Below, one piece after another: positions 36,495 to 49,969 of a DNA stretch of 64,000 nucleotides. The translations under genes were made by a program, and so were the position numbers. The notes below the pieces were generated by a model. The model searched no databases. It had not been told where the DNA came from and saw only the letters and a program-made list of their open reading frames with translations. The stretch is taken from positions 744,001-808,000 of the forward strand of contig NC_043011.1 in the NCBI RefSeq assembly GCF_006345805.1. Reading direction: 5' to 3'. Positions within the stretch are counted from its first letter, which is position 1; each line of letters opens with the position of its first letter. The DNA comes from Octopus sinensis. Its lineage: Eukaryota.

Positions 36495-36633
36495 GCAGCG
36501 TGGAAGGTGTTTACAAGCCATTTAAGAAACACACAAAAACCGTTAGATTCACTTCAACATTTAAGTTTAATTTGTCAAAATATTTTCGTCGCTTTGAGAC
36601 CGTGACCTGTTCACTGACAAAACTCCGTGCTGC
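36495..36633 (-). mobile_element. ~140-bp element with short inverted ends carrying a hammerhead variant
   Basis: Ends GCAGCGTGGA / TCCGTGCTGC; contains the 36571-36621 motif. Confidence 0.55.
36571..36621 (-). ncRNA. Type I hammerhead ribozyme variant with G3:C8 core
   Basis: Minus strand TTTGTCA-GTGAACA-G-GTCAC-ggtctcaaa-GCGAC-GAA-AATATT-T-TGACAAA: 7-bp stem I, stem II, palindromic stem III. Confidence 0.6.
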
Positions 36634-38789
36634 ATCTGAGAAAGTAACAGTTAGTTCATGATATATATGTACATATGTATGTGTGCATGTATGTATGTAT
36701 GTATTTATTTATGTATGCATGTATGTGCGTATGTATGTATGTGCATATGTATGTATGTGCGCATGCATGTGTGCATGCCTATACGCATGTATGTATGTGA
36801 GTATTTAGGAGTGTTGGTAGACGTGTCTGTGTGTTTGTACATGTGTATGTATATGTGAACGTATGTTTATGTAATGATATGTGACAGTTCAAGTTGTATA
36901 CATGACTGTTACATTGTTGAAGGTTGTATATATACACACATATACATTTATATAGACACACACACACATATATATATATGTGTGTGTGCATTTGTCTCTC
37001 TCACCACCGTCTAACGGTGAATGTTATTGCATGTTATAGAGAAAACCAGGATTTTGCAGTTAAATTGCCTTATATTAGGTTAAGAAACAGACACTTACGT
37101 ATGTCAAGAAGAGAAGGCTAAGTAGATATCATTGTAAATGAAAGCATGAAGATAATATGAAAGACTGATAAAACAGTAGATGACATTGCAGAAGGAAAGT
37201 TGCAGCTAATATGTGAAAAGAAGAAGGCAATTAATAATGTTAATAAAATACTGAAGTGAGCATGTAAAAACTGAAGATAGGAAGCATAATTGTATAAAAT
37301 ATGGAAGGGAGTATAAAATATAAAATTGGAAAAGGTAGTAATATTGTAAAAAAGGAAAACAGTTGATAATATTATATCTTGAAGAGGTGGAAGATGATAT
37401 TGTAATATGAGAAAAATATCCAGACAGTAGAAATTGAATGGAGGAGACAGTATCATATAAAGAAAACAATTGTCAATATATTAAACTATAGAAGGTATTA
37501 TAGGGGGGGGGGGATGCAGAGTAGTAGAAAAGCAGAGCACTAGGTTTCTAAATACTTTGTGCTTTTCACTTTCATTTATGTATTGAGATCCCACTGCCAT
37601 CACTGGTATTATCTTCCATGTCTGAGATGTTGGTGAAATATGTACCAGTTATATATTACAGATATATTAAATGATCAATACCTATTTCTTTATTACCCAC
37701 AAGGGGATAAACACAGAGGGGGACAAACAAGGACAGACAAATGGATTAAGTCGATTACATCGACCCCAGTGCGTAACTGGTACTTAATTTATCGACCCCG
37801 AAAGGATGAAAGGCAAAGTCGACCTCGGCAGAATTTGAACTCAGAACGTAACGACAGACGAAATACAGCAACGCATTTCGCCCGGCACGCTAACCATTCT
37901 GCCAGCTCGCCGCCTTAATGATCTATACCAACATCCTATATATTTATGATTAGAAAAAGAAAGAAAAGTAGCAGATGTTAAAAGTAGAATATGGCAGGTA
38001 GTATGAAATGAAAACTTAAGCAAAAATTATTGTTAAAGAAAAAATTGTGTTGAAGTATTGGACTAAACTCATTGCAGTATTCAGTCGTTATATTCTGTTG
38101 TTGATAAAAGAATTATCAAACAAGTACTCAGATATGTTTCTTTGAATATGCTTCTCTTTATATGGATTTAGACCTGGTGTGCATGAGAGAAATCAGTATA
38201 GTAAAACAGCAGACGACATTGTCAAATAAATAAATAAGTGAACAAACAAATACATAAATAAGCAAATGATATTGGATCTCGTAAAGTGAAGACAGCAAAC
38301 TACGTTTTACAGGGAGAAGACAACAAACAATATTTTAAGCAGACGATATTGACAACTGCTAATATTAGGAAATAGAGAAGGTAGGAAACAATATTATAAA
38401 CAATATTATAAATGCTGGAAGGCAGCAGACAACATTATAAAGTGATGAAAAGTTATGAGTAACTTAGTGCAAAACCAGTTTATTACAACAATATCAAAGA
38501 AGCATGATATCATGTCTACCCAAACAACAGAACATTTGGCATCAAACGTAGAACCAAGAACTGGGGGCAGGAGATTACAATTTATAAAGAACTTGCATTA
38601 CAAAGAAATAAAGAATCAGATTTCAAACTCTGCCTAAGAATATATGCATATGGCTAAATATCTAAAGACGAAAACTGAGCAGATGGAACTCAGGATATAA
38701 AAATCTCAAAAATCAGGCTAGGAGAATTAAATTAATTTAAAGTAGTATAAATCTATTAATGGGATATAAATAATTAATAAATTAAGAGA

Positions 38790-39220
38790 GAGTGGCTGTG
38801 TGGTAAGTAGCTTGTTTACCAACCACATGATTCCAGGTTCAGTCCCACTGCATGGCACCTTGGGCAAATGTCTTCTACTATAGCCTCGGGCCGACCAAAG
38901 CCTTGTGAGTGGATTTGGTAGACGGAAACTGAAAGAAGACCGTCGTATATATATGTATATATATATATATATATATATGTATATGTGCGTGTATGTTTGT
39001 GTGCCTGTGTTTGTCCCCTTAGTATTGCTTGACAACCGATGCTGGTGTGTTTATGTCCCCGTTACTTAGCGGTTCGGCAAAAGAGACCGATAGAATAAGT
39101 ACTGGGCTTACAAAAGAATAAGTTCCGGGGTCGAGTTGCTCAATTAAAGGCGGTGCTCCAGCATGGCTGCAGTCAAATGACTGAAACAAGTAAAAGAGTA
39201 AAAGAGTAAAGAGTAAAGAG
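38790..39220 (+). mobile_element. SINE family of 7521
   Basis: Full copy. Confidence 0.9.
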
Positions 39221-40064
39221 TATAGTAAAACAATATAAAATATTTGGAAGAGGAAAAGATTAGTGTTAATTGTTTCAGTGTCTTGCTTCTCTCCAGAATT
39301 GAACTCAGGGTCAATGAGAGATAAATCAACTTTGTTAAGATTTGTACTCAGAACTGAAGAGGACAAAAATGCATACAACAAAGTCCAGTTGATTTTGAGA
39401 CTCATATGTGCTTGCTGCAGAAAGGTGGAGTGCATAAAAGTTGACAACAGTATATTATTAGCAGTTATTTTAGCACTTCAGATTGGCTGGAAATCAAAAC
39501 TGACTTTGGTATAATGCATGTCTAAATACCTTAAGTTGTAATTTTGGGAATTATGTGCCTCGTTTACAATCTGTCTTTTATATTTAATATTTTAATTTAC
39601 ATATGGCAGTGAGCTGGCAGAGACGTTAGCATGCCGGGCAATATGCTTAGCAGTATTTTGTCTGTCTTTATGTTCTGAGTTCAAATTTTGCTGAGGTTGA
39701 TTTTGCCTTCCATACTTTCGGGGTCAATAAATTTAGTATTAGTTGTGCACTGGGGTCGATCTAATCAACTGGCCCCCTCCCCCAAAATTTCTGGCCTTGT
39801 GCCTAGAGTAGAAAAGAATACTTTACTTTACATATTTCATTCGTAATACTGTAAATATGCTGGGGCAGAGCCTTGAAGAGTTTAGTCAAACAAATCAACC
39901 ACAAGTACCTATTTTTTTATAGTCTGGTATTCGGGTATTTATTTTCTCAGTCTCCTTTGACAAAACCACTAAGTTACAGGGATGGAAAACCAACACTGGT
40001 TGTCAAACAGTGTGTGTGTTATGTGTGTGCATTTGACAAACATAAAGACATACATATATATATT

Positions 40065-40475
40065 TACTCTTTTGATCTTTACTCTTACTCTTTTACTTGT
40101 TTCAGTCATTTTGACTGTGGCCATGCTGGGGCACCGCCTTTAATCGAGCAACTCGACCCCGGGACTTATTCTTTGTAAGCCCAGTACTTATTCTATCGGT
40201 CTCTTTTGCTGAACCGCTAAGTTACGGGGACATAAACACACCAGCACTAATGGTTGTCAAGCAATGCTAGGGGGACAAACATACACGCACATACATATAT
40301 ATACGTTTATATGATGGGCTTCTTTCAGTTTCCGTCTACCAAATCCACTCACAAGGCATTGGTCGGCCTGGGGCTATAGCATAAGACACTTGCCCAAGAT
40401 GCCATGCAGTGGGACTGAACCCGGAACAATGTGGTTGGTTAGCAAGCTACTTACCACACAGCCACTCCTGCGCCT
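40065..40475 (-). mobile_element. SINE family of 7521 (next to degenerate copies 39860-40040(-) and 40500-40940(+))
   Basis: Reverse-complement full copy. Confidence 0.88.
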
Positions 40476-40660
40476 ACATACATATATATATATATATTTA
40501 CAGGCTTGGCTGTGTGGGTGAGAAGCTTGCTTCCCAACCACATGGTTTTAGGTTCTGTCCCACTGTGTGATACTTGGGTAAGTGACTTCTACTATAGCCC
40601 TGGGCTGACCAAAGCCTTGTGAATGGATTTGGTAATAAATACAAACTGAAAGAAGACCAT

Positions 40661-40712
<52 letters not shown>

Positions 40713-41521
40713 TGTGTGTGTGTCTTTCTGTGTTTGTCCTTCACCACTGCTTAAACAATCAAACTAATGTTTCACTGTCTATATCATGTAACTTAGTGGT
40801 TTCACAAAGTGATCAATAGAATAAGGACTTGGCTTTAACAAATATGTAATGGGGTTAATTTGCTCAACTAGGACCCTTCAAGGCAGTGTCCCAGCATGAC
40901 CACAGTCCAGTGATTGAAACAAGTAAAAGATAAAAGATATATGATGTGTCATTTGTGTCTACCAAATTAATTCACAAGGTACCATTTAACCTGGGTCTAG
41001 AGTAGAAAACTTTTGTACAGGGTGCCACACAGTTGGCCTGAATTCCAATACTATGAAGTCGCAAAGTGCTCCTATCATTCTGAGGTATCTTATACCTATC
41101 ATCATGATCATCGTTGCCATCTTCACCATTATCGATTTTATGTTTACTTTTCTCATTCTGCCAGGGTTCGATAATAGTTCTTGGGATGCTGTTCAACAAC
41201 CAGATAATTCTTCCTGGGGACAATGCCTTATTTGAAGGCATCATTGCATGTTAAATTGCTGCTAAATATTTTGTGTATGACTTAGAAATTAATGTCACTC
41301 TTACTGAAATGGTGTCATTACAAATACACACACACACACACATAGGTGCTAGTTTGGGTGTGTGGTAAGAAGATCAGTTCCCAATCATATATAGCTTTGG
41401 GTTCAGTCCCAATGTGTGCATCTTAGGCAAGTGTCTTCTATTTATGTCTCAGTAAAGTTCCTGGAATAAATCTATGGATGACAACAGGGAACCTAAACTG
41501 TGCCAGTGCTTTACTCATCAT

Positions 41522-41730
41522 CTACTCTTTTTACTTGTTTCAGTCATTTGACTGTGGCCATGCTGGAGCACCACCTTTAGTCGGGCAAATCGACCCCAGC
41601 ACTAATTCTTTGTAAGCCTAGTACTTATGCTAGCGGTCTCTTTTGCCGAACCGCTAAGTTACGGGGACATAAACACACCAGCATCGGTTGTCAAGCGATG
41701 TTGGGAGAACAAACACAGACACGCAAACAT

Positions 41731-41761
<31 letters not shown>

Positions 41762-41910
41762 CATATATACGACGGGCTTCTTTCAGTTTCCGTCTACGAA
41801 ATCCACTCACAAGGCTTTGGTCGACCCGAGGCTATAGTAGAAGACACCTGCCCAAGGAACCATGTGGTTGATAAGCAAGCTACTTACCACACAGCCACTC
41901 CTGTGCCTGT
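41522..41910 (-). mobile_element. SINE family of 7521
   Basis: Reverse-complement copy with a small head deletion. Confidence 0.88.
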
Positions 41911-41955
41911 ATATATATTTTGTATAATTTTTCTATTTTATATATATATATATAT

Positions 41956-42412
41956 AGTGGCTGCCCCCTCGTTATCGAGTATGGCCATTGCACGAAGCTT
42001 AATCAATGTTGTTATCGTGCAATGCCTGTACAAGAAGATTTTTTGTTAAAGTGAGGAAAGGCTGTGCACTGAGTCAATCCCACTCACTAAGCAACAGCAG
42101 CCATATTCTGAAAAGAAGAACAAGTCAACATCATCGGTAACCACTGAGCTGCAGGTTTTATGTCGGAATTATCCCAGTTACCTGAGTTACCTTCTAGAAG
42201 GATGCCCTAACAAAGGCTATAGGAGTCCTTCACTCCCAATGGTTTAACCGCGCAATCGGGTATTCAGTCCGATTATTTCTATATCCCCGCGCATGATACA
42301 TCCTTAAGACATTTATTGGATAGCCGTTGACTCTCAAGAGTTCCTCCGCCCTTTGATGGGTTTTGTTTTTCATCCCGCAGGGTGTCCAATAAACACCCTC
42401 CTCACCAAGCAT
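41956..42412 (-). mobile_element. Probable RTE-derived non-autonomous element
   Basis: GC-richer ~450-bp unit ending (minus) CGATAACGAGGGGGCAGCCAC followed by a TA tract; no ORF. Confidence 0.45.
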
Positions 42413-42519
42413 CATCATCATTATTGTTTAACGTCTGCCTTCCATGCTGGCATGGGTTGGATGGTTTGACAGGAGCTATCCAGGCAGGTTCATAGAACGC
42501 TTAAATGTGGTGTATAGAT

Positions 42520-42717
42520 CAGTGGTTCCCAAACTTTTTAGAGTCGCAACCCACTATCTATCACACCAGTTTATGACGACCCACTTATAAGTCTTGAACT
42601 ATCTCGATAGACAGAAGTTAATCAAAGCTAATGCATAATTTTATAACTTTTTGCGACCCACTAAGATTCCGTTCGTGACCCATCTGTGGGCCGCAACTCA
42701 TAGTTTGGGAACCACAG
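42520..42717. mobile_element. hAT-Charlie-type MITE
   Basis: TIR CAGTGGTTCCCAAACT / AGTTTGGGAACCACAG; 8-bp TSD GTATAGAT. Confidence 0.85.
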
Positions 42718-42799
42718 GTATAGATTATACCCAAGTTGCTTGAATGCATCCCTTAGAGCTACTGTGAAAAATACAATGTGGGTGACCAATGAGCAGGCA

Positions 42800-43330
42800 G
42801 GAAAAAAGAAAGGAGTTTGGAACCCTGCCAAACAATTTCTCATCAACAAAGTTTTTCTTTAAGGATGCAAAACAGCATCACAGAAACCTGTTACTTACAT
42901 GGCCTGTCATTAAGAAGCTGACAAGATAGTCCAGAGAGCTAATAAGAAGTAAAGCTACTGTTATAGCCATTAACAGAATTAGGCTGTGAACAGAAATATT
43001 TCAGAGTGACAGTCTATCCATCTGTAATGCTTTTCATCTTAGCTGTGAATTCTTTGTCAGCCATGTTGGTAAGATCTGTGGATGAAAGAAAAATGAATAT
43101 CACCCACACCTATTTTTGTTGATGACCTTAAGCTTAACTTGAGTAATACTCATGACACCATGAGATAGTTGAAACTGGTCACAAAATTCTCATGGGATGC
43201 AGAAATGTAGTTTGGTTAGAAAAATGAAGGAAGATTATTGACCAAGCAAAGAATATTATGTTAGTGCTGCAAGGAGAGTTAGAGGGATAGACCTGATAGC
43301 TTCATTGAAGCCTTAACAGAAATAAAAATT
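42800..43330 (+). pseudogene. R4/Dong-like non-LTR RT remnant
   Basis: IFQSDSLS and THL..VDDLKL motifs with frameshifts. Confidence 0.55.
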
Positions 43331-43364
43331 CTCTCATAAGTTTAAATAATAATAATAATAATAA

Positions 43365-43665
43365 TGAAATTATTGTATACAGTGCACAGGTGCACTACAA
43401 CTTGTCAGAAAGTGCATATAAAGTGTATGCAGTAATGTACAAATGTCTGGAAAGCGTGTGTATGGAGGGGAGAAAATCAGGTGTAGTTTGTGTTGGCGAA
43501 TCTCAGGAAGCATGGAAGTTTTGAAGGATGCAGTGCTCCGACAACTAACTACTGATGCCAGCAGTTTGTTCCATGCTTCAGCAACTCTCAGCGTGAAAAA
43601 ATGTTTCCTAAAGTCATGGGAGCTGCGCTATTTTCTGATTTTGTAAATATTCCCACGGGTGTTTC
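43365..43665 (-). mobile_element. CR1/L2-type LINE 3' end
   Basis: RKHFFTLRVAEAWNKLLASVVSCRSTASFK; same family as 10037-10300. Confidence 0.72.
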
Positions 43666-44017
43666 TTACACAACACACAAAATCAGATGAAGTACTTTGA
43701 GATAGAAAATAAAGAGATTATATTTTAAACCACAGAAAAAAGATAGAATACTTGTACAAACATATAGACTGATCCAGAGGATATGAGTTCTTACTTACTC
43801 ATTATAACCCAAGAGCACCGCACAGATTTTGGAATCTACACTTGTCAGCAATACAGAGAAGAAATATATTGGAAGTTATATAAAGAATGTGGATATTCTG
43901 ATCAATGCTTTCATCCTTTCAGAGTCAATAAAATAAGTACCATTTGAACACTGAGGTCAATGTAATTGATTTACTCCATACTCCAAAACTGCTGGCCTTG
44001 TGCCAAAATTTGCAACC

Positions 44018-44020
44018 ATT

Positions 44021-44058
<38 letters not shown>

Positions 44059-44111
44059 TATTATTATGATTATTATTATGATTATTATTATTATTATTAT
44101 TATCGTCATCA

Positions 44112-44175
<64 letters not shown>

Positions 44176-44222
44176 CATTATTATTATTATTATTATTATC
44201 ATCATCATCATTATTATTATTA
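44018..44222. repeat. (ATC)n/(ATT)n microsatellite
   Basis: Direct sequence. Confidence 0.95.
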
Positions 44223-45137
44223 GTTATGACGTAGTCATGTTCTTCAAATGCAAAATAACTCCATTCCAAAATTTTTTTGTATAGCCAACAAGTTGAGGGA
44301 ATCCATAGTAAAGACCCTACCATAGGTATGAGGATATGTTGAAACAATTACTAAAATACTCACAGGTTAGTTTAATATCTTGGAAAAAGTTATAGCCTAG
44401 ATCGATCTGAGTGGTGTTAAACGTTTCCTTATGCATTTAAACAAATTAAATTGAAGAAATCCTTATCATAACTATTATGAATATTATTATCAAGATTTAT
44501 GCTGATAATATATAGCTTATGTAAAGAGACAGTAAAACATTATGCTAAATGGCTTACAATATAGTTATGATCTTCATTTTCAGTGCATAAATCCTGCTAA
44601 AATTCACAATGTTGTTTATCTGCCAGGGTTTATTAAGCTAATACTAACCTTAACTAGAATTCAATCAACTATATCCATTCCTCAAGTACTCATAATTCTT
44701 AAAATAATTATTACTTCTTTCTATCTTTTTAAAATTTACATTTTATTAAATTTGTTTTCCTATATTTCTCATTCCATTCTTAAAAATTTATTTTAGAAAA
44801 TTATCCATTTATTTACCCTTTCACTTAAATGTCAGCCAGTTCATCCATATCCAAAAACAAATTTCATATAATTTTTTTCTTAGATTATTCCAATACATAC
44901 TGCATAGAAACTATAAGTCTATCATAAACTGTACCATTTATCATCATATGTAAACAATGTAAAAATAGATGCATATTTTATAACAAAACTAAAAAACAAA
45001 ATATTGGAATCAATGCTTAAAATTGTTAGTTCACTTATTTGATAAACATTTAACCATGCTCAGTTAAATTAAGAATGAAAAGAAAGAAATATGCAAACAT
45101 TATTTATTTAAGGGTATAATTCTATTTTATAATGCCA

Positions 45138-46683
45138 GGATCTAGTCTTCCTCATTCACAAAATGAGCCCCGCTTAATTTTGCTCAGATTGCTTTCAATT
45201 TTGGTGTAGTGTATCAATGCAACTCTGAATTTTGATTATGGTCAACCGATTACTTTATTTCATGAATTAGAGAATCTGATGTTATTTGGCTTTAAAGTTG
45301 GCAAATTTGGGTAATTTTAGCCAATCAACAGAGAGCATGGCATTAGCAGCTTGTTACCATAACAACCCCATGCTGTGTTGTGGTTTACTGTTGTCTGTGC
45401 TGCTGGTGTCTATGTTGATTTTTCACACTTAATTCTTCACACTACGAGATTCTTTTCACCCACATGTTTTGTTTTAATTTTTCTGTGTGATAGTATATTA
45501 CATATTTTTCAGTGCTTCTGTGTGTCAGTATTTTTACATATGTTTTATTTCATATACTTTTGAGACTCATTGACTCAGATAGCTGGATTTATAATTTCCC
45601 TGGGTTAATTCTGTTCATAAACATTTTAATTAGGAGTATTTCTTAAACTGTTAGCTTCACATTTCAAAAGCTTAACTGAAATTTAGCTCAAGCAACAGGA
45701 ACTGCGAGGGATATCATAGAACAGAGAAACTGGGTGATACAGATAATTTGACATTATTTTTGAATTCTGCATGCAAAAACATATAAGATACAGGTATTCT
45801 TTTCCTTGAGACAAATTTTTTGTTGACCAGTGTTATTCTTATAGCTTACAAATCCAAGCATAAAAATATTACTCAACTTTAGAGTTGTGGAGACAGACGC
45901 TCCCTTCACACACACACACACATACACACACGAATGCATAAATGTACATATAAACTTATACATGAATACATACATCCACATGCACTTATTTATTAACCCT
46001 TTCGTTACTGTATTTATTTTGAGATACTCTGTGTTTCTTTCAATTAATTTTAAATATAACAAAGAAGTTAGTAAAATAACTTAGTTATCATTAAGCTAGT
46101 GACTAAATTGTGACTAAGGTTTAGTGGAAGATTTTAATTCAAAATTTAGGAAAACAAGACATTTGTACTACAGAGTCAGAGGCGGTTTCAGCCGGGTTGG
46201 TATCAAAAGGCTTAATGATGTACACAAATACATGGCAGGTATACATAATACTGAAATGCACATAAAGTAAACACATGCAGACAAATATATTAATATAACA
46301 AATTTTAAAAAATAATAAAACCGTACAATCAATGAAGAGACAAAAGAAACAGTAAGATGATACATGTTGATTTTATTAGGTATTTCTGTTTATTTAGAAA
46401 TCTACAATGAACAGGTCAGACGCTAAATTCTAAATTTCACAGGGCACAACCTTAAAGTTGACACTGCTCTGCTAAATGCAGAAAATTTCTGTCTTGCTAT
46501 TGGTTAAAAATATACAGGTTTTTCGATTTTTAAACCTCTGTAACGTTTTTCTCCAATTTTTTTCTCCATAACATCGTACCTTCAAGGCAATGAGACTGGA
46601 AGGCTACATTATTATAGCCGATTTTCAGATTTTTTACTGTCTTTTAAAAAATGCATATTTTGCAAATGGAAAAAACTAGATCC
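45138..46683. mobile_element. Merlin-like non-autonomous TIR element containing a piggyBac-like MITE (45993-46215)
   Basis: GGATCTAG...CTAGATCC termini; 8-bp TSD TAATGCCA. Confidence 0.75.
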
Positions 46684-46806
46684 TAATGCCACTTTTATAG
46701 TTAAGAATTTGATTAGCATTCTGCAATTTTTAGCAATTTTTACAAAATGAATGAGTGTTTATTTTGAAATATAAAATCTATGGTTTTATACAAACTTTAT
46801 ATATAT

Positions 46807-47075
46807 AGGTGCAGGAATGGCTGTGTGGTAAGTAGCTTGCTTACTAACCATGTGATTCCAGGTTCAGTCCCACTGCATGGTACCTTTGGCAAGTGTCTTT
46901 TACTATAGCCTTAGGTTGACCCAAGCCTTGTGAGTGGATTTGGTGGACGGAAACTGAAAGAAGCCCATTGTATATATATGTATATGTTTGTGTGTGTGCT
47001 TGTCCCTCCACCATCGCTTGACAACCAATACTTGTGTGTTTAGGTCCCCGTAACTTAGCGGTCTGGCAAAAGAGG
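46807..47075 (+). mobile_element. SINE family of 7521, 3'-truncated
   Basis: Head and middle match. Confidence 0.8.
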
Positions 47076-48078
47076 TTTCAAGGCAATGGAAGCATTCCAT
47101 GTCATCATGCCCCCAAAAAGCATATCAAGTGAAGTCCAATATCAAGACAATGCTGGTTTGTTTCATTTATGCAGAAAAAAAAAAATTGTCAACATAGACG
47201 CAGGAGTGGCTGTGTGGTAAGTAGCTTGCTAACCAACCACATGGTTCCAGGTTCAGTCCCACTGCGTGGCATCTTGGGCAAGTGTCTTCTGCTATAGCCC
47301 CGGGCTGACCAATGCCTTGTGAGTGGATTTGGTAGACGGAAATTGAAAGAAGCCTGTCGTATATATGTATATATATATATGTATATGTGTGTGTGTGTTT
47401 TTGTGTCTGTGTTTGAGCCCCTGGTGTGTTTATGTCCCCGTAACTTAGTGGTTCGGCAAAAGAGACCGATAGAATAAGTATTGGGCTTACAAAGAATAAG
47501 TCTCGGGGTCGATTTGCTTGACTAAAGGCGGTGCTCCAGCATGGCCGCAGTCAAATGACTGAAACAAGTAAAAGAATATAGAATTTGTTTCTCTTGGTCA
47601 AACTGTCAGCCAGATGTTTTACTTGGTATTTCTGAAGTGATTGTGAGACACAGTGAGATGAAAATGCCCTGACCTGCGGTGAAGTGGAGGGTGGTGGTTT
47701 CATCACGGCAATGTGCCTGTGCCCACCACCTTGAATGTGAGATAGATTTTGACCCAAAATGGCACGACTCTGCTTAACCACTCTTCCTATTCATCCAATC
47801 TTACTCCCTGCAACTTTTTTTTGTACTCCTGAATGAAAAGTCCTTAGAGGAAAACGTTTTGTAGATGTGGAAGAGGTGAAGAAAAAGCGATGGAGGCATT
47901 AAAAGGCATCACTTCGCAAGAGTTCCATGATTGCTTTGAACAGTGGAAATTGTATCTGGACCAATGCATTGCTTCAAATGGTGAATACTTTGAAAGCGAT
48001 AAAAGTGTAAACATGTAAATCAAAGTGAATAAAATCATATCGTAAAATTCTGGTTTCTTTTGGGTAACCCCTCATATA
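47073..48078 (+). pseudogene. mariner transposase remnant split by a SINE (47195-47575)
   Basis: QVKSNIKTMLVCF, EFVSLGQTV, HSSYSSNLTPCNFF (YSPDLAP-like), RGKRF.DVEEV, CIASNGEYFE. Confidence 0.8.
47195..47575 (+). mobile_element. SINE family of 7521
   Basis: Full copy. Confidence 0.88.
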
Positions 48079-48267
48079 TTCTGTTCCATACACAGTAAAT
48101 GTGAGTAATGATTTTATATTTCATCTCAGTGAACAATACTAATGTTTTCCATCTCATTTAGTGAAGTTTATTAATGTTTAAGATCAACATTAATCAATCC
48201 ACATGGTGTACATTGTGCTTTGTGAGTTTATTTAGAAAGTGACAGGAAGCATTTTAATTCTTCCTTA

Positions 48268-48665
48268 TACGCAGGAGTGGCTGTGTGGTAAGTAGCCTGC
48301 TTACCAACCACATGGTTCCGGGTTCAGTCCCACTGCGTGGCATCTTGGGCAAGTGTCTTCTGCTATAGCCCTGGACTGACCAATGCCTTGTGAGTGGATT
48401 TGGTAGACGGAAACTGAAAGAAGCCTGTCGTATATATGTATATATATATGTAAGTGTGTGTGTATGTGTTTGTCCCCCTAGCATTGCTTGACAACCGGTG
48501 CTGGTGTGTTTATGTCTCCGTCACTTAGCGTTTTGGCAAAAGAGATCAATAGAATAAGTACTGGGCTTACAAAGAATAAGTCCCGGGGTCGATTTGCTCA
48601 ACTAAAGGCGGTGCTCCAGCATGGCCGCAGTCAAATGACTGAAACAAGTAAAAGAGTAAAAAAGT
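48268..48665 (+). mobile_element. SINE family of 7521
   Basis: Full copy. Confidence 0.9.
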
Positions 48666-49969
48666 ATACACACAGAATTAAGTAAAATGTTTATACTCTG
48701 TTTCCTTTTATTGCTACATTTTATTACTTCCTTTTGTTATATTATTCCGTTTTATTTCATCATTTCATAACAAATCATTGTATTATGTTTTTTTCCATAA
48801 ATCTCTTTAGATGAAATTATAAACAATCAGATAAGTCTAGTTATACAAATTCATTATCTTAACAACTAAATACTCTTCAGCTTTATTATGGATCTCTCTG
48901 GACAAATTTATAAACAACCAATGTATTATCTTAACGATTATGCACTCTCCAGCTTATCCTCCAACTTTCTTTTCTCTTTGCATCAGTTCTTTAATCTGAT
49001 GGATGCTGTCTTTATTCAAGGAGAAAGCTTCAAACAAAACATATGAGATGAAATGAATACAAAAAATTAAAGAACCCTGTTATTTTTATCAGCATGCAAA
49101 TTATCTGATAGTGTTCCATCCAACAATTTGACTGCTGAATTAGAAATTTGTAGCTGTGATACCAGTGCCGGTGGCACGTAAGAGAACCATCCGAATGTGA
49201 CCGTAGCCAGCGCCGCCTTGACTGGCCTCCATGCCGGTGGCACATAAAAAAAGCACCATCCGATCGTGGCCGTTTGCCAGCCTCGCCTGGCACCTGTGCC
49301 GGCGGCACGTAAAAAGCAACCACTACACTCACGGAGTGGTTGGCATTAGGAAGGGCATCCAGCTGTAGAAACACTGCCAGATCAGATGGGCCTAGGGCAG
49401 CCTTCTGGCTTCCCAGACCCCAGTTGAACCGTCAAACCCATGCTAGAAATTTTTGACTTCCATAGATAAATGATGCAAATAGAAAGAAAAAGTTAAGAAT
49501 TAATTTGTTCTGATATAATTGTGAAGCCATATATAAGTCTAATGGACTTCTTGATGGAGATGAAGCAAGAAACCAGCAATCAAGATTCCTCCCTCTTCTC
49601 TGTTAGGAGGCACAAGCACTTTCATACACATGGATACACACGATGGCAACTTCTGCCTTTCAAATTCAGTCACAAGTCTTTAGTTGGCCCAAGATTATAG
49701 CAGAAGACTCTTTCCCAAGGTGCCATGCAGTGGGATTGAACCTGAAGCCATGTGGTTGAGAAGCAAGCTTCCCAACCACATGTGTTGTAATGAAACCAGC
49801 CAGTCATTTGGCTATTATGAATTATTATAATGTATTTCATTATTTAAAATAACCTGAACCACTAAAATTTCTAAAGATCTCATATATATGTAAGTTTGCA
49901 ACTCATGACCTATGCTAAAGGAGGATAGCATTGAGGAAGTTGATCACACAATGATATGTCACACTCTTG

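Noticed and set aside
39297-39424. Possible plus-strand exon ELNSGSMRDKSTLLRF...
   Set aside because: Weak donor and no recognisable domain.
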